Positions 8,417 to 17,582 of a DNA stretch of 64,000 nucleotides are shown here, one piece after another. This DNA is from an uncultured Rikenellaceae bacterium (lineage in GTDB: Bacteria > Bacteroidota > Bacteroidia > Bacteroidales > VadinHA17). The position numbers and the translations under genes are program-made. The notes under the pieces were generated by a model. It saw only the letters and a program-made list of their open reading frames with translations. It searched no databases and had not been told where the DNA came from. Every line of letters begins with the position of its first letter. Positions within the stretch are counted from its first letter, which is position 1. Location of the stretch: NCBI GenBank assembly GCA_964421975.1, contig CAYQZL010000004.1:818-64817 (forward strand). Reading direction: 5' to 3'.

Positions 8417-10534
8417 TTAATCTTTTTCCCCGTTTTTATCTTTCTTTCTTTTAAGAATCACAAATAAGAAAATAAGACCTGTACCTGCAATAAGCCATAA
8501 ATACCAATATCTGCAACCCTTTTTCTCTTTCTGTTCCGGGGCAGTTGTTATTACCTGATCTGCAGGGTTTTGTACTGTCGCTGCAGTACTGTCTGTACCG
8601 GCTTGCTTCTCCAGCCGTGTAATAGCTTCAGCCCTTTTTTCTGCGAGTATTTCGGGATGCTCCGGCCTTATGATCCGTCCTCTTTGAATTCTTTCAGCCT
8701 GTGAGATGAAAAACTCCTCGGAGCTTGTGTTCCCAAATTGATCCTTAAGTGTGAGCAACAACCTGCTTTCATCTTTTGAAGGCAATATTTTGTACCTGAA
8801 AAGTGTATCGGTAATATTGAATTGTTCGGTATAAAGTAAGGAATCTCCTTTCAGATGTTCTGCCGTAAGAACAGAATTTGATTCAACTATAAGCGGGATC
8901 ACAAGGGTATCTTTCCCGGAGGATACCAGGTTTCTTTCTTCTCCGGCCTGAAGAACTGCCACATCATCAGTTTTGGGCAGGATCGTCGGTGGCAGGATGA
9001 AAGAATCTGATTTGCTGGCAAGAGGCAGGTGAATATCCTTGCGAAATATCTCTTTACCGTTGATCTCATAGATGACGGTATGATCTCCGTGGTTTAAGAG
9101 GAGCTCATATTCTCCCGTTTCGGGATTTGCATAATCCTCTGCAGTATCTGCCGGATCTTTACTGTTGAAGGAGCTGACCCTTATTTTATCTTTTGTTTTA
9201 ATGTTCAGGCCGGCAACTTTTGCGATACCCCTGACCATGAATTTTCTGGGATGATTATCGGAAAATATTTCAAGCCTGTAAATATCCTGTTTGCCGAAAC
9301 CATCAGGACTGAGTTTTGAAAAATATCCTTCATAGCCCTGATTCAGCGGCATGAAAAACAGGTCATCATCGGTTGAATTCAGCGGATATCCCGCATTCAG
9401 AGGAACCGACCACTGGCCGTTGTCGAGAAGGGTTGAATAGAAAACATCGTGACCTCCCATTGTCATATGTCCCCTTGAGCTGAAAAAAAGCGTTTTGCCA
9501 TCCCTGCTCAGGAACGGAGTCTCCTCATTATACCTGGTATTGATCACCGGTCCCAGGTTTACAGCCGGACCCCAGTCCCCCGTTGTGTCTCTCCCCGAGA
9601 CATATATGTCGAGTCCTCCGTAGGTGCCTTTTCTGTTGCTGGTAAAAAAGAGTTTTTTATTATCGGGAGAAATCACTGCATGAGATTCCCAGTATTTGGT
9701 ATTTATATTGTCGTTAAGTCTTATTGCCGGGCTCCATGACCCGTTATTATATGTCGTTGTGTAAATGTTACCGTCATAGTTCTCGGAATTATAGAGATAG
9801 AGTACTTTGCCGTCGCCCGATAAAGATACCGGATAAATGTCCCTGTCGATCCTGAGTATCTCATTCATATTAAGCGGCCCGGTCCATGAACCATCCATCT
9901 TTACAGAATACAGAAGGGCATCATAGAATGGAAGGCTTCTGGAGAAAACCATCATTGTCTCATCGGCAGAAACAACCGGATTGTATTCGGAATTATTGTC
10001 ATTGATGGTGTTCCCGAGATTTACTTCCTTGATGAAGACAGGTGAAGCCATCAGCACTTTGGCATTCAGGCATGACTGGATCTGTAATGATACTATTACG
10101 GTATCGTATATTTCAGGATCAAGCTTTTCCATGAAAAGCTTATATGTTTCAATGGCTTTGTCCAGCTGATTATCGATCCTGTATGCATTTGCCAGATAAT
10201 ACAGTGCATCATATGGTGCTCCCTTTTCCCGGAAATTGTTTTCCCGGTAAGCGGGATTAATGTTTTCTACAGCCTCTTCAAGGAAGGAAATGGCTTTCTC
10301 TTTTTCTCCCGGCAGATTAAGATAGCACTGACCTATCCTGTATCTGATATTTGAATTATCGGGATAAGTACCAATAAGTTCCTGATATAACGGTAGTGCT
10401 TCCCTGTAATCCTCAAAAAGGATCCAGCTTTCAGCTTCATGGAAATTCATCCTGTTTTTTGCCTTTGACTGGGAAGACAGGCTGGCACTGAATATCAGGA
10501 AGAGAAAAATAATAGGTATAACCCTTCTTATCAT
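8417..10534 (-). CDS. Envelope protein P4: TPR + PD40 propeller + beta-sandwich region + charged linker + C-terminal TM anchor (paralog 4 of 4)
   Basis: 705 aa with the signal peptide MIRRVIPIIFLFLIFSASLSSQ. TPR core YPDNSNIRYRIGQCYLNL. Propeller blade ESHAVISPDNKKLFFTSNRKGTYGGLDIYVS. The C-terminus is the hydrophobic helix YWYLWLIAGTGLIFLFVIL followed by KRKKDKNGEKD. Confidence 0.8.
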   Translation of the reverse strand: MIRRVIPIIFLFLIFSASLSSQSKAKNRMNFHEAESWILFEDYREALPLYQELIGTYPDNSNIRYRIGQCYLNLPGEKEKAISFLEEAVENINPAYRENNFREKGAPYDALYYLANAYRIDNQLDKAIETYKLFMEKLDPEIYDTVIVSLQIQSCLNAKVLMASPVFIKEVNLGNTINDNNSEYNPVVSADETMMVFSRSLPFYDALLYSVKMDGSWTGPLNMNEILRIDRDIYPVSLSGDGKVLYLYNSENYDGNIYTTTYNNGSWSPAIRLNDNINTKYWESHAVISPDNKKLFFTSNRKGTYGGLDIYVSGRDTTGDWGPAVNLGPVINTRYNEETPFLSRDGKTLFFSSRGHMTMGGHDVFYSTLLDNGQWSVPLNAGYPLNSTDDDLFFMPLNQGYEGYFSKLSPDGFGKQDIYRLEIFSDNHPRKFMVRGIAKVAGLNIKTKDKIRVSSFNSKDPADTAEDYANPETGEYELLLNHGDHTVIYEINGKEIFRKDIHLPLASKSDSFILPPTILPKTDDVAVLQAGEERNLVSSGKDTLVIPLIVESNSVLTAEHLKGDSLLYTEQFNITDTLFRYKILPSKDESRLLLTLKDQFGNTSSEEFFISQAERIQRGRIIRPEHPEILAEKRAEAITRLEKQAGTDSTAATVQNPADQVITTAPEQKEKKGCRYWYLWLIAGTGLIFLFVILKRKKDKNGEKD

Positions 10535-10663
10535 ACTGAAACAGATATAAATGGTTTAACTAAACCTGGCAAATAAAAAAATTAAAACCTGATTTCGACA
10601 GTACACTGATCCGGTAATTTTTAACTGGTTTATTATTTTTAAACCAATAAATTAGCCGCAATA

Positions 10664-10698
10664 TAATAAAAAAGGACAAAAACAGCCTGTCCTTTTTA
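10664..10698 (-). terminator. Intrinsic terminator downstream of the E2 gene
   Basis: The minus strand reads AAAAAGGACA-GGCTGTT-TTTGTCCTTTTTTATT, a stem of 7-10 bp followed by a T-run. It lies about 70 nt after the stop at 10768. Confidence 0.6.
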
Positions 10699-10767
10699 TC
10701 AACTATTGTTAATATCTTCTCAACAGTAAGACTGGAGATAAGTACTTTTTCATCCGGGAGATATTGA

Positions 10768-12078
10768 TCAGGGTAAGATCACATCTGATGAATAGTTCTC
10801 AAGTATTTCTTTTACTTTCTTAAGGAAGCGGCCGGCAAGGGCTCCGTCAATGACCCTGTGGTCATAACTCAGGGATAATATCATCACATGCCTGATGGCT
10901 ATGACATCACCTTCGGGAGTTTCTATCACGGCGGGTGTTTTTCTGACAGCTCCCGTACCAAGGATGGCAGCCTGCGGCTGGTTAATAATGGGAGTACCGG
11001 CAAGATTGTCAAAGCTTCCGAAATTGGTAAGAGTAAATGTACCTCCCGTTATCTCATCGGGCTTTAATTTGTTGTTCCTGGCCCTTTCAGCAAGATCACT
11101 TACACTTCTTGCAATTCCGTTCAGATTCTTTTCATCGGCATTTTTGATGACCGGCACTATCAGATTACCATCGGGAAGAGCTGTAGCCATCCCTATATTG
11201 ATATTCTTTTTTCTGATTATATTATTACCGTCAACAGATATATTGAGCATTGGTAATTCGGACAAAGCTCTTGCTGCGGCATCTATAAATACAGGTGTGA
11301 GCGTAAGCTTATATCCTTCGGATGCATAAAATTTATCTTTTATTGAATTCCTCCACTTTACCAGTTTCGTTACATCAGCATCAATAAACGATGTTACATG
11401 GGGGGAGGTCTTTTTGGAGAGGACCATGTGTTCGGCAATCAGCCTTCTTACCCGGTCCATCTCAATAATTTCATCTCCTGATTCCTTTGTACTTCCGGTC
11501 TGCTTTACCTTTGAAGCGGATTTCGTTTCCGGTGTTTCTTCCTTTGCAACGTCCTCTTTTTTATTTTGTGTTTCAATAAAGGCTAAAATGTCATCTCTTG
11601 TTATCCTGCCGTCCATTCCCGTTCCGGTGATCTTATCCAGATCAGAATAGCTGACATTCTCCCTCGCAGCGATGCTTCTTACAAGTGGCGAAAGGAATTT
11701 ACCGGATGGTGTCCGGCTCTTCAGATTATGAGAAGTTATCTCAATCTCCTGTTTCTCTTTTTTTATTTCAGAGATCGTATCCCTGATCCTGTCGACCTCT
11801 TTCTGTACTTTGGCAGGTTCTCCGGAGGAAAGGGAGGTTTTACTTTCAATTATGGCAATTATCTCTCCCACTTTTACAACTGATCCTTCACGAACAGTAA
11901 TCTGTACAAGCTTTCCGTCGGCAGGAGCAGGTATCTCGGAGTCGACTTTGTCTGTTGCAACCTCAACAAGCGGATCATCTTCCTTTACAATTGATCCCTC
12001 ACTTACAAGCCATTTATTGATTGTAGCTTCTATAACACCTTCCCCCATTGCGGGAAGTAATATTTCAATTCTTGCCAT
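10768..12078 (-). CDS. 2-oxoacid dehydrogenase complex E2 component (dihydrolipoamide acyltransferase)
   Basis: 436 aa. Lipoyl domain (EVATDKVDSEIPAP), E3/E1-binding motif (SPLVRSIAAREN) and catalytic DHRVIDGA. Substrate class cannot be assigned from sequence alone. Confidence 0.85.
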   Translation of the reverse strand: MARIEILLPAMGEGVIEATINKWLVSEGSIVKEDDPLVEVATDKVDSEIPAPADGKLVQITVREGSVVKVGEIIAIIESKTSLSSGEPAKVQKEVDRIRDTISEIKKEKQEIEITSHNLKSRTPSGKFLSPLVRSIAARENVSYSDLDKITGTGMDGRITRDDILAFIETQNKKEDVAKEETPETKSASKVKQTGSTKESGDEIIEMDRVRRLIAEHMVLSKKTSPHVTSFIDADVTKLVKWRNSIKDKFYASEGYKLTLTPVFIDAAARALSELPMLNISVDGNNIIRKKNINIGMATALPDGNLIVPVIKNADEKNLNGIARSVSDLAERARNNKLKPDEITGGTFTLTNFGSFDNLAGTPIINQPQAAILGTGAVRKTPAVIETPEGDVIAIRHVMILSLSYDHRVIDGALAGRFLKKVKEILENYSSDVILP

Positions 12079-12207
12079 TCTTTTGTTAACTCTCTTTTTT
12101 GTAACAGAATAACATCCTGAACGGAAAAATGTTCGGAAATCCTGTAAGGTTTTTATAACATCAGCACGTGCATTATTTTGTTGTTTTGAAATACCTTTTC
12201 GGGCAGG

Positions 12208-13464
12208 TCATTTTACGGAAGCAGCAGTGACTGAACCGCTTCCGATCAGGTATCTTTCACAGGGAGAAGCTATTCTGAACCTGATCCTGTGATGTGATAA
12301 GAGATGCATGCAGTTTATTACTGATGAAAATTTCATCTGTCCCGGCGAGAAAATGACCTGACGGATCCTGTTATTTTTGATGCATTCTTCGATGTCAGTG
12401 ATAATTTTGCTTATGTTATCATCTTCATCATCAGGGTCTTTGTTTATCCTGATGTGAATGTCCTTTTTAATGCCATAAGGGACTAGCAATTCCTTTATTC
12501 TTTGATATCCCCTGTCATCCGATATAACCATCATTCCGCTTTTCGGTATATCGCAGGTTCCTTTCAGGCGAAAGACAATTTTTAACTTCCGGAAAGGAAC
12601 CAGTATTTTTCTGAACAGACGGTGTGTCACAGACAATGCTGCCCTGAAAAGTATTGCGATCCTGACGGGAAGAATTATTTTTCTGAGGTTTCCGTTGTTG
12701 AAATGCTTCTTTACAAAGATCAGCATTGCATTATAGAAGTTGATCACAAAATCCATATCTTCCTTCTTTGTGCTCTCACCTTTGAAATGAAGTATTTTTA
12801 CTTCAGGGAAATAGTAATTCTTATAACCTGCCTTTAACAACCTGTAGCTGTAATCGATATCCTCTCCATACATAAAATAGCTTTCATCCAGCAAACCTGT
12901 TTTTTTAACAGCTTCCGAGCGGATGAACATAAAAGCCCCGGCAATTACATCAGCGTAATTGATCTCTCTGCAATCGAGATGCCCCATGTAATATCTGTTG
13001 AATCGTGGCGAGCGGGAAAACAGGTAGGACAGTCCTGAGATCTTATAAAAAGCTGTTTCCGGATCAGGAATGGCTCTTTTTGATTCCGGAAGGTATTTCC
13101 CTGAGCCGTTTATCATCATCACCCCTGCAGCACCTGCATCAATATGTTCATCCATGAAAGCAATACATTTCCTGAATGTATCCTCACCGATTATTGTATC
13201 AGGATTAAGCAGAAGTATATATTTCCCCGAAGCGATTTTAATTGCCTGGTTATTGGCAGCAGAGAATCCTCTGTTGTCATTATTGGCTATCAGTTTTACT
13301 TCCGGGAAATCTTTATATACCATTTCACAGGAGCTGTCGGAAGAATTATTGTCAACGACAAAAATCTCGCATTTTAATCCACGGGCTGCATTCTGTACGG
13401 AACAGAGGCATACAGAGAGATAATATCTGACATTGTAGCTGACAATAATGACTGAAAGGTCCAT
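12208..13464 (-). CDS. Family 2 glycosyltransferase with a C-terminal extension
   Basis: 418 aa. LSVIIVSYNVRYYL...FVVDNNSSDSS, a GT2-like core with GEDIDY, and about 130 extra C-terminal residues. Confidence 0.75.
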   Translation of the reverse strand: MDLSVIIVSYNVRYYLSVCLCSVQNAARGLKCEIFVVDNNSSDSSCEMVYKDFPEVKLIANNDNRGFSAANNQAIKIASGKYILLLNPDTIIGEDTFRKCIAFMDEHIDAGAAGVMMINGSGKYLPESKRAIPDPETAFYKISGLSYLFSRSPRFNRYYMGHLDCREINYADVIAGAFMFIRSEAVKKTGLLDESYFMYGEDIDYSYRLLKAGYKNYYFPEVKILHFKGESTKKEDMDFVINFYNAMLIFVKKHFNNGNLRKIILPVRIAILFRAALSVTHRLFRKILVPFRKLKIVFRLKGTCDIPKSGMMVISDDRGYQRIKELLVPYGIKKDIHIRINKDPDDEDDNISKIITDIEECIKNNRIRQVIFSPGQMKFSSVINCMHLLSHHRIRFRIASPCERYLIGSGSVTAASVK

Positions 13465-13536
13465 ATGGCCGGGATGGTTTTTAAAAATCAGGAAAGTATG
13501 GGTGATGCATAAAAGTGGCTGGTGATTGTTTTGTTA

Positions 13537-14151
13537 TTATTGCTGATAAGGATTTCTGTTGTTTATTGCTTTTCCAAGCGTTATCTCGTCTGTATATTCA
13601 AGTTCATCACCCACGGCAACGCCTCTGGCAAGCGTTGTTATAACTGGATTATATTTGCTGAGTTTCCTGTAAAGGTAATAATTTGTTGTATCACCTTCCA
13701 TGGTTGCACTAAGTGCAAGAATGACCTCAGTAATGTTACCTGATTGTACCTTCTCTTCAAGCGAATCGATCTTAAGATCTGCCGGACCGATACCTTCGAT
13801 CGGGGATATTATTCCGCCGAGGACATGATAAAGGCCCCTGTATTGCCGTGTGTTCTCAATTGCCATAACATCCTGAATGTTTTCAACCACACAGATTATT
13901 GATCTGTCACGTTTTGTATCGTTGCAAATACTGCATATCTCCGTATCTGAAATGTTATTGCAAATCCTGCAGTATTTAATTTCTGACCGAAGTCTGATTA
14001 TACTCTCACCGAATTTTATGACCTCTCCCGGATCTCTTCTCAGCAGGTTCATAACCAGCCTGAAAGCGGTTTTTCTTCCGATACCCGGGAGGGATGCAAA
14101 TTCATTTACCGCGTTCTCAAGCAGTCTGGAAGGGAATTCGGTAAAACTCAT
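13537..14151 (-). CDS. recR: Recombination protein RecR
   Basis: HhH motif [13 protein letters not shown]4 zinc finger [18 protein letters not shown], and a Toprim region ([14 protein letters not shown]). The ATG at 14151 ([15 protein letters not shown]) is preferred over the track start at 14169. Confidence 0.9.
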   Translation of the reverse strand: MSFTEFPSRLLENAVNEFASLPGIGRKTAFRLVMNLLRRDPGEVIKFGESIIRLRSEIKYCRICNNISDTEICSICNDTKRDRSIICVVENIQDVMAIENTRQYRGLYHVLGGIISPIEGIGPADLKIDSLEEKVQSGNITEVILALSATMEGDTTNYYLYRKLSKYNPVITTLARGVAVGDELEYTDEITLGKAINNRNPYQQ

Positions 14152-14319
14152 GATTTGTGTTTTTAGCAAAATTAATTCAATTTTTGATTAAGTAACCGGT
14201 TGAAAGTATCCCTTTTGAGAAGTAGCAGCACTGTAAATTGAATAATTTACATCAAACAGGCAGGATAATTTTTCAGCATCCATTCTTTTTAGTATCCTTG
14301 CAGATTAAAACAGCAACTT

Positions 14320-15783
14320 ATGTCGCCCTATCTTATTTTAGGAATCTTCCTTGCCTATACGATATTACTCTTTCTGGTCACATGGATTACAGCCAGAAAA
14401 GCTGACAGCCAGTCATTTTTCATTGGTAACAGGGTATCACCATGGTTTGTTGTGGCATATGGAATGATCGGGGCCTCCCTTTCAGGTGTCACATTCATGT
14501 CGGTACCCGGGTGGGTAACCGAGACTCAGTTCAGTTATATGGTAGTAGTGTTTGGTTACCTGGTAGGATATTTTATTATTGCACTTGTTCTGCTGCCACT
14601 GTATTACAGGCTGAGACTTACCTCCATTTATACCTATCTCGAGAGACGTTTCGGATTCTGGTCATATAAGACCGGAGCAGGATTCTTCATACTTTCGCGT
14701 ACACTCGGAGCTTCACTCAGGATGTTTCTCGTTATAAATGTCCTGCAGCTTTTTGTTTTTGATGCTTGGAACATACCTTTCTGGGTAAATGCAATGATCT
14801 TCATCATCCTGATAATACTCTATACTTTCAAAGGAGGAATAAGAACAATTATCTGGACTGATACCCTTCAGACTACATTTATGCTTCTTGCTGTTGTATT
14901 GTCAATAATATATATAAGTAAGGATCTGCATACTCCCATCGGGAAATTATTTGCAAATATCTGGAACAGTGATATGTCAAGGATGTTCATCACCGACTGG
15001 CATCATGAACGCTATTTCCTCAAACAGTTCTTCTCCGGAATGTTCATTACAATAACAATGACCGGCCTGGACCAGGAGATGATGCAGAAAAACCTGAGCT
15101 GCCGCAATATAAAGGAAGCACAGAAGAATATGTTCACATTCAGCGGAATACTGGTTTTTGTCAATTTCCTGTTCCTGATCCTGGGTGCTTTCCTTGTCCT
15201 TTATGCAGCGAATAAAGGCATACAGGTCGGAATGTCTGATGAGCTGTTCCCGACCATAGCTTTTAAATATATGAGTCCCCTTGCAGGTATAGTTTTTATG
15301 ATAGGACTGATTTCAGCAGCATTTCCCAGTGCAGATGGCGCCCTGACTTCCCTTACGACTTCCGTCAGTATTGATTTCCTGGGACTTGATAAAAGAAAGG
15401 ATCTTACTGAAAAGCAGGCTACGAGGATCAGATACATAGTACATCTTACAATTGCAACATTGTTTTTTATCTGCGTGATGATATTCAGCCTTGTGAATGA
15501 CGAGGCTGTAATAGACAAGATATTCACAATAGCCGGTTATACTTATGGTCCTCTTCTCGGGCTGTATACTTTCGGACTTTTCACAAAGAGGAAAGCCAGG
15601 GACCGCTTTACACCCTATATTGCAATTCTTTCACCTGTAATCTGTTATTTGTTAAGTGAATATTCAGTTCAGCTTTTTAACGGGTATAAATTCGGATTTG
15701 AGCTTATTCTTCTTAACGGATTCCTGACATTCATGGGATTGCTGATATTCAGCAACAGGAATGATGATCACCAGGCATTATGA
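14320..15783 (+). CDS. Sodium:solute symporter (SSF) family transporter
   Basis: 487 aa, highly hydrophobic with many predicted TM helices and an SSF-like layout. Substrate unknown. Confidence 0.7.
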   Translation: MSPYLILGIFLAYTILLFLVTWITARKADSQSFFIGNRVSPWFVVAYGMIGASLSGVTFMSVPGWVTETQFSYMVVVFGYLVGYFIIALVLLPLYYRLRLTSIYTYLERRFGFWSYKTGAGFFILSRTLGASLRMFLVINVLQLFVFDAWNIPFWVNAMIFIILIILYTFKGGIRTIIWTDTLQTTFMLLAVVLSIIYISKDLHTPIGKLFANIWNSDMSRMFITDWHHERYFLKQFFSGMFITITMTGLDQEMMQKNLSCRNIKEAQKNMFTFSGILVFVNFLFLILGAFLVLYAANKGIQVGMSDELFPTIAFKYMSPLAGIVFMIGLISAAFPSADGALTSLTTSVSIDFLGLDKRKDLTEKQATRIRYIVHLTIATLFFICVMIFSLVNDEAVIDKIFTIAGYTYGPLLGLYTFGLFTKRKARDRFTPYIAILSPVICYLLSEYSVQLFNGYKFGFELILLNGFLTFMGLLIFSNRNDDHQAL

Positions 15784-16593
15784 TCATCTGATACGCATTC
15801 CGGGCCTGTTTCCTCCAAGGCTCTGTGAATTGGTATTCACTCCCGTTTCCTCCGTTTCCTCTTCATCAAGAGGTTCTTCGGGCTCTTCCTTTTTAACGGC
15901 CACCCGGATTTTCTTATAGGGAATATTCCATGAAATAAAATAACCGGCTCCGACACTTACCGATTCTCCTGATCCGTATCCCGGGAAGTAGAGCGGCCTG
16001 ATATCTTTTTTTGAACCGGGCCAGATCAGTTTCCTCAGACTAATGGACCAGCCTATGCTGAAATTCCTGAACAGTTCCGCCCTGAAACCGGGAGATAATT
16101 CTATGAAATGCGCCCAGCTTTTGGTTGATTCAATTGAGGATTGTGTTATTCCCCAGTAGTTTTCATGAGTGAATGAGGGTGTGGCTGAAGTGAAATTGCT
16201 TATACCATATCTTATACCTGTACCAGCCCAGTATCTGCCTGCAGAAACTTCAGGTTTCAGAATATTGAGATCAATACCTGCCTTTACAAAAAATCCCCTG
16301 CTCAGATAATCATAATTATACTGGGAATAATTGTAATCGGAATACCCTGCACCAAAATATAATGAGGATGTCTCATTTAAATCGGTGGAAATATATGCTT
16401 CAGCATTGAAGATATTCTTATCTGTAAACCAGATAACCGGTCCGGCTATATCAATACCTGTCCTTATCTTGAGAGCAATGTCCACACTGTCCGGTTCCTC
16501 AGTGCTACCGCCCGGCTGTGAATAGGCATAGCCCGACATTAGAATTGCAAAAAGAAGAAGATCAGTAATATATAAAAATGTTCGGTGCATCAA
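15784..16593 (-). CDS. Hypothetical outer-membrane beta-barrel-like protein with an acidic C-terminal tail
   Basis: 269 aa with a signal peptide (LLLFAILMSGYAYSQ). Alternating aromatic/Gly-rich strands, then KKEEPEEPLDEEETEE. Overlaps the upstream lipoprotein gene by 32 nt. Confidence 0.45.
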   Translation of the reverse strand: MMHRTFLYITDLLLFAILMSGYAYSQPGGSTEEPDSVDIALKIRTGIDIAGPVIWFTDKNIFNAEAYISTDLNETSSLYFGAGYSDYNYSQYNYDYLSRGFFVKAGIDLNILKPEVSAGRYWAGTGIRYGISNFTSATPSFTHENYWGITQSSIESTKSWAHFIELSPGFRAELFRNFSIGWSISLRKLIWPGSKKDIRPLYFPGYGSGESVSVGAGYFISWNIPYKKIRVAVKKEEPEEPLDEEETEETGVNTNSQSLGGNRPGMRIR

Positions 16594-17026
16594 GGGTTGT
16601 TATAGTTCTGAGTTTGATCTGAATGGTGTCAATAATATTTCTGGTTGAAACCACTGAATCGAGACCGTGGTAATATGTATATCCGCATTCTTTTGAGATA
16701 AGATGAACAAAAGTGGAGTAGGCGAATGAAATTGTGTCATTCACTCCGTTGATCCTTATTACAAAACCGCATCTGCGTGCTGAAGCATCAAGTGGTATCA
16801 GTGCGGATTTGACACCTTGTGTTTTTTTGTATCTGGCTGTATCCTTCCCGATACCATAAAGGGTAAGACTGTCAGGTGCAAGGGGTTTGCCTGTGGAGTT
16901 AAGGTAAAATGATGCTTTCAGAAAAGCATTGGTTTCTTCAAAACATGATCCGGGTGTACAGGCAACAGAGAGTGCAAGAACACATAAAATAAAAAAACCC
17001 GGAATTATATTAAAAAAACTTCTCAT
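16562..17026 (-). CDS. Hypothetical small lipoprotein
   Basis: 154 aa. The signal peptide ends in LSVAC (lipobox-like). Co-directional with and overlapping the barrel gene. Confidence 0.45.
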   Translation of the reverse strand: MRSFFNIIPGFFILCVLALSVACTPGSCFEETNAFLKASFYLNSTGKPLAPDSLTLYGIGKDTARYKKTQGVKSALIPLDASARRCGFVIRINGVNDTISFAYSTFVHLISKECGYTYYHGLDSVVSTRNIIDTIQIKLRTITTLDAPNIFIYY

Positions 17027-17047
17027 GACCTTCTGTTACCGAAGCCT

Positions 17048-17055
17048 CAAAAGTA
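17048..17055 (-). promoter_or_regulatory. Candidate -7 box (TACTTTTG on the minus strand) for the lipoprotein/barrel pair
   Basis: The + strand reads CAAAAGTA, whose reverse complement is TAnnTTTG. It lies 22 nt upstream of the ATG at 17026. Confidence 0.4.
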
Positions 17056-17087
17056 TAAAAAATCCTTCTTACACCTCTCTCTGCCGC

Positions 17088-17171
17088 TCACTTCTTTCCT
17101 CCCCATCTCTCACCGCTCACCTCTCATCTCTCATCTCTCATCGCTAATCTCTCACCCCTCACTCCTCACCC
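17088..17171. repeat. Degenerate CTCACCT/CTCATCT heptamer tract (left flank of the nested inverted-repeat element)
   Basis: The sequence reads ctcaccgctcacctctcatctctcatctctcatcgctaatctctcacccctcactcctcacc. Confidence 0.85.
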
Positions 17172-17582
17172 CATAGCCGTCAACATAAGCAATATTTTAG
17201 TTACAATAACAACTGTAATTATCTGGATTTTAACTAAATAAATTTCCCCTCCTTTCAAAGGAGGGGTGGCCGGGATTACTAATTTTGAAGCGTTTACAAT
17301 TGTCCTTTCCCCGGCCGGGGTGGTTGATCTTTGTTGTCTTCTGAACTTGCTTCCCTCAGGATTTTTTGACTTTAATTGATTCCATAAAGCGGATTCTGGA
17401 GAAGTGGAATTATTTCTCAGAATTTAATTAACCACCCCGGCCAGACAATATAAATTTCTGCAAGTCCGACGATTTCTGCGTCTGGCCACCCCTCCTTGAA
17501 AAAAGGAGGGGAAATGTATGTTCGTATATACCTCTTAATTACAGTAGTTTTCGTTGTTGATATACTTTAGTTGACGGCTATG
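17172..17582. repeat. Nested inverted-repeat element of about 411 bp, non-coding (MITE-like, inverton-like or structured RNA)
   Basis: Perfect 13-bp termini: catagccgtcaac at 17172-17184 and gttgacggctatg at 17570-17582. Two collinear inner arm pairs are present. The first is atttcccctcctttcaaaggaggggtggccgg (17242-17273) against ctggccacccctccttgaaaaaaggaggggaaat (17482-17515). The second is ccccggccggggtggtt (17310-17326) against ttaaccaccccggccag (17428-17444). No ORF of 60 aa or more lies inside. Confidence 0.8.

Noticed and set aside
10768-12078. Orphan E2 gene, with no E1 or E3 in the window, as an anomaly
   Set aside because: E1 and E3 genes are often encoded elsewhere in Bacteroidota genomes, so this is not informative without the whole genome.
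10895-12112. Long + strand ORFs (144, 78 and 100 aa) inside the E2 gene
   Set aside because: They lie antisense to a well-supported E2 gene and have Ser/Pro/Ile-rich low-complexity composition. They are shadow ORFs. The same reasoning applies to 51576..52160, 55463..55846, 41420..42095, 30759..31196 and 2216..2659.
17172-17582. Autonomous insertion sequence
   Set aside because: No ORF of 60 aa or more and no transposase motif lie between the terminal inverted repeats. At most it is non-autonomous.
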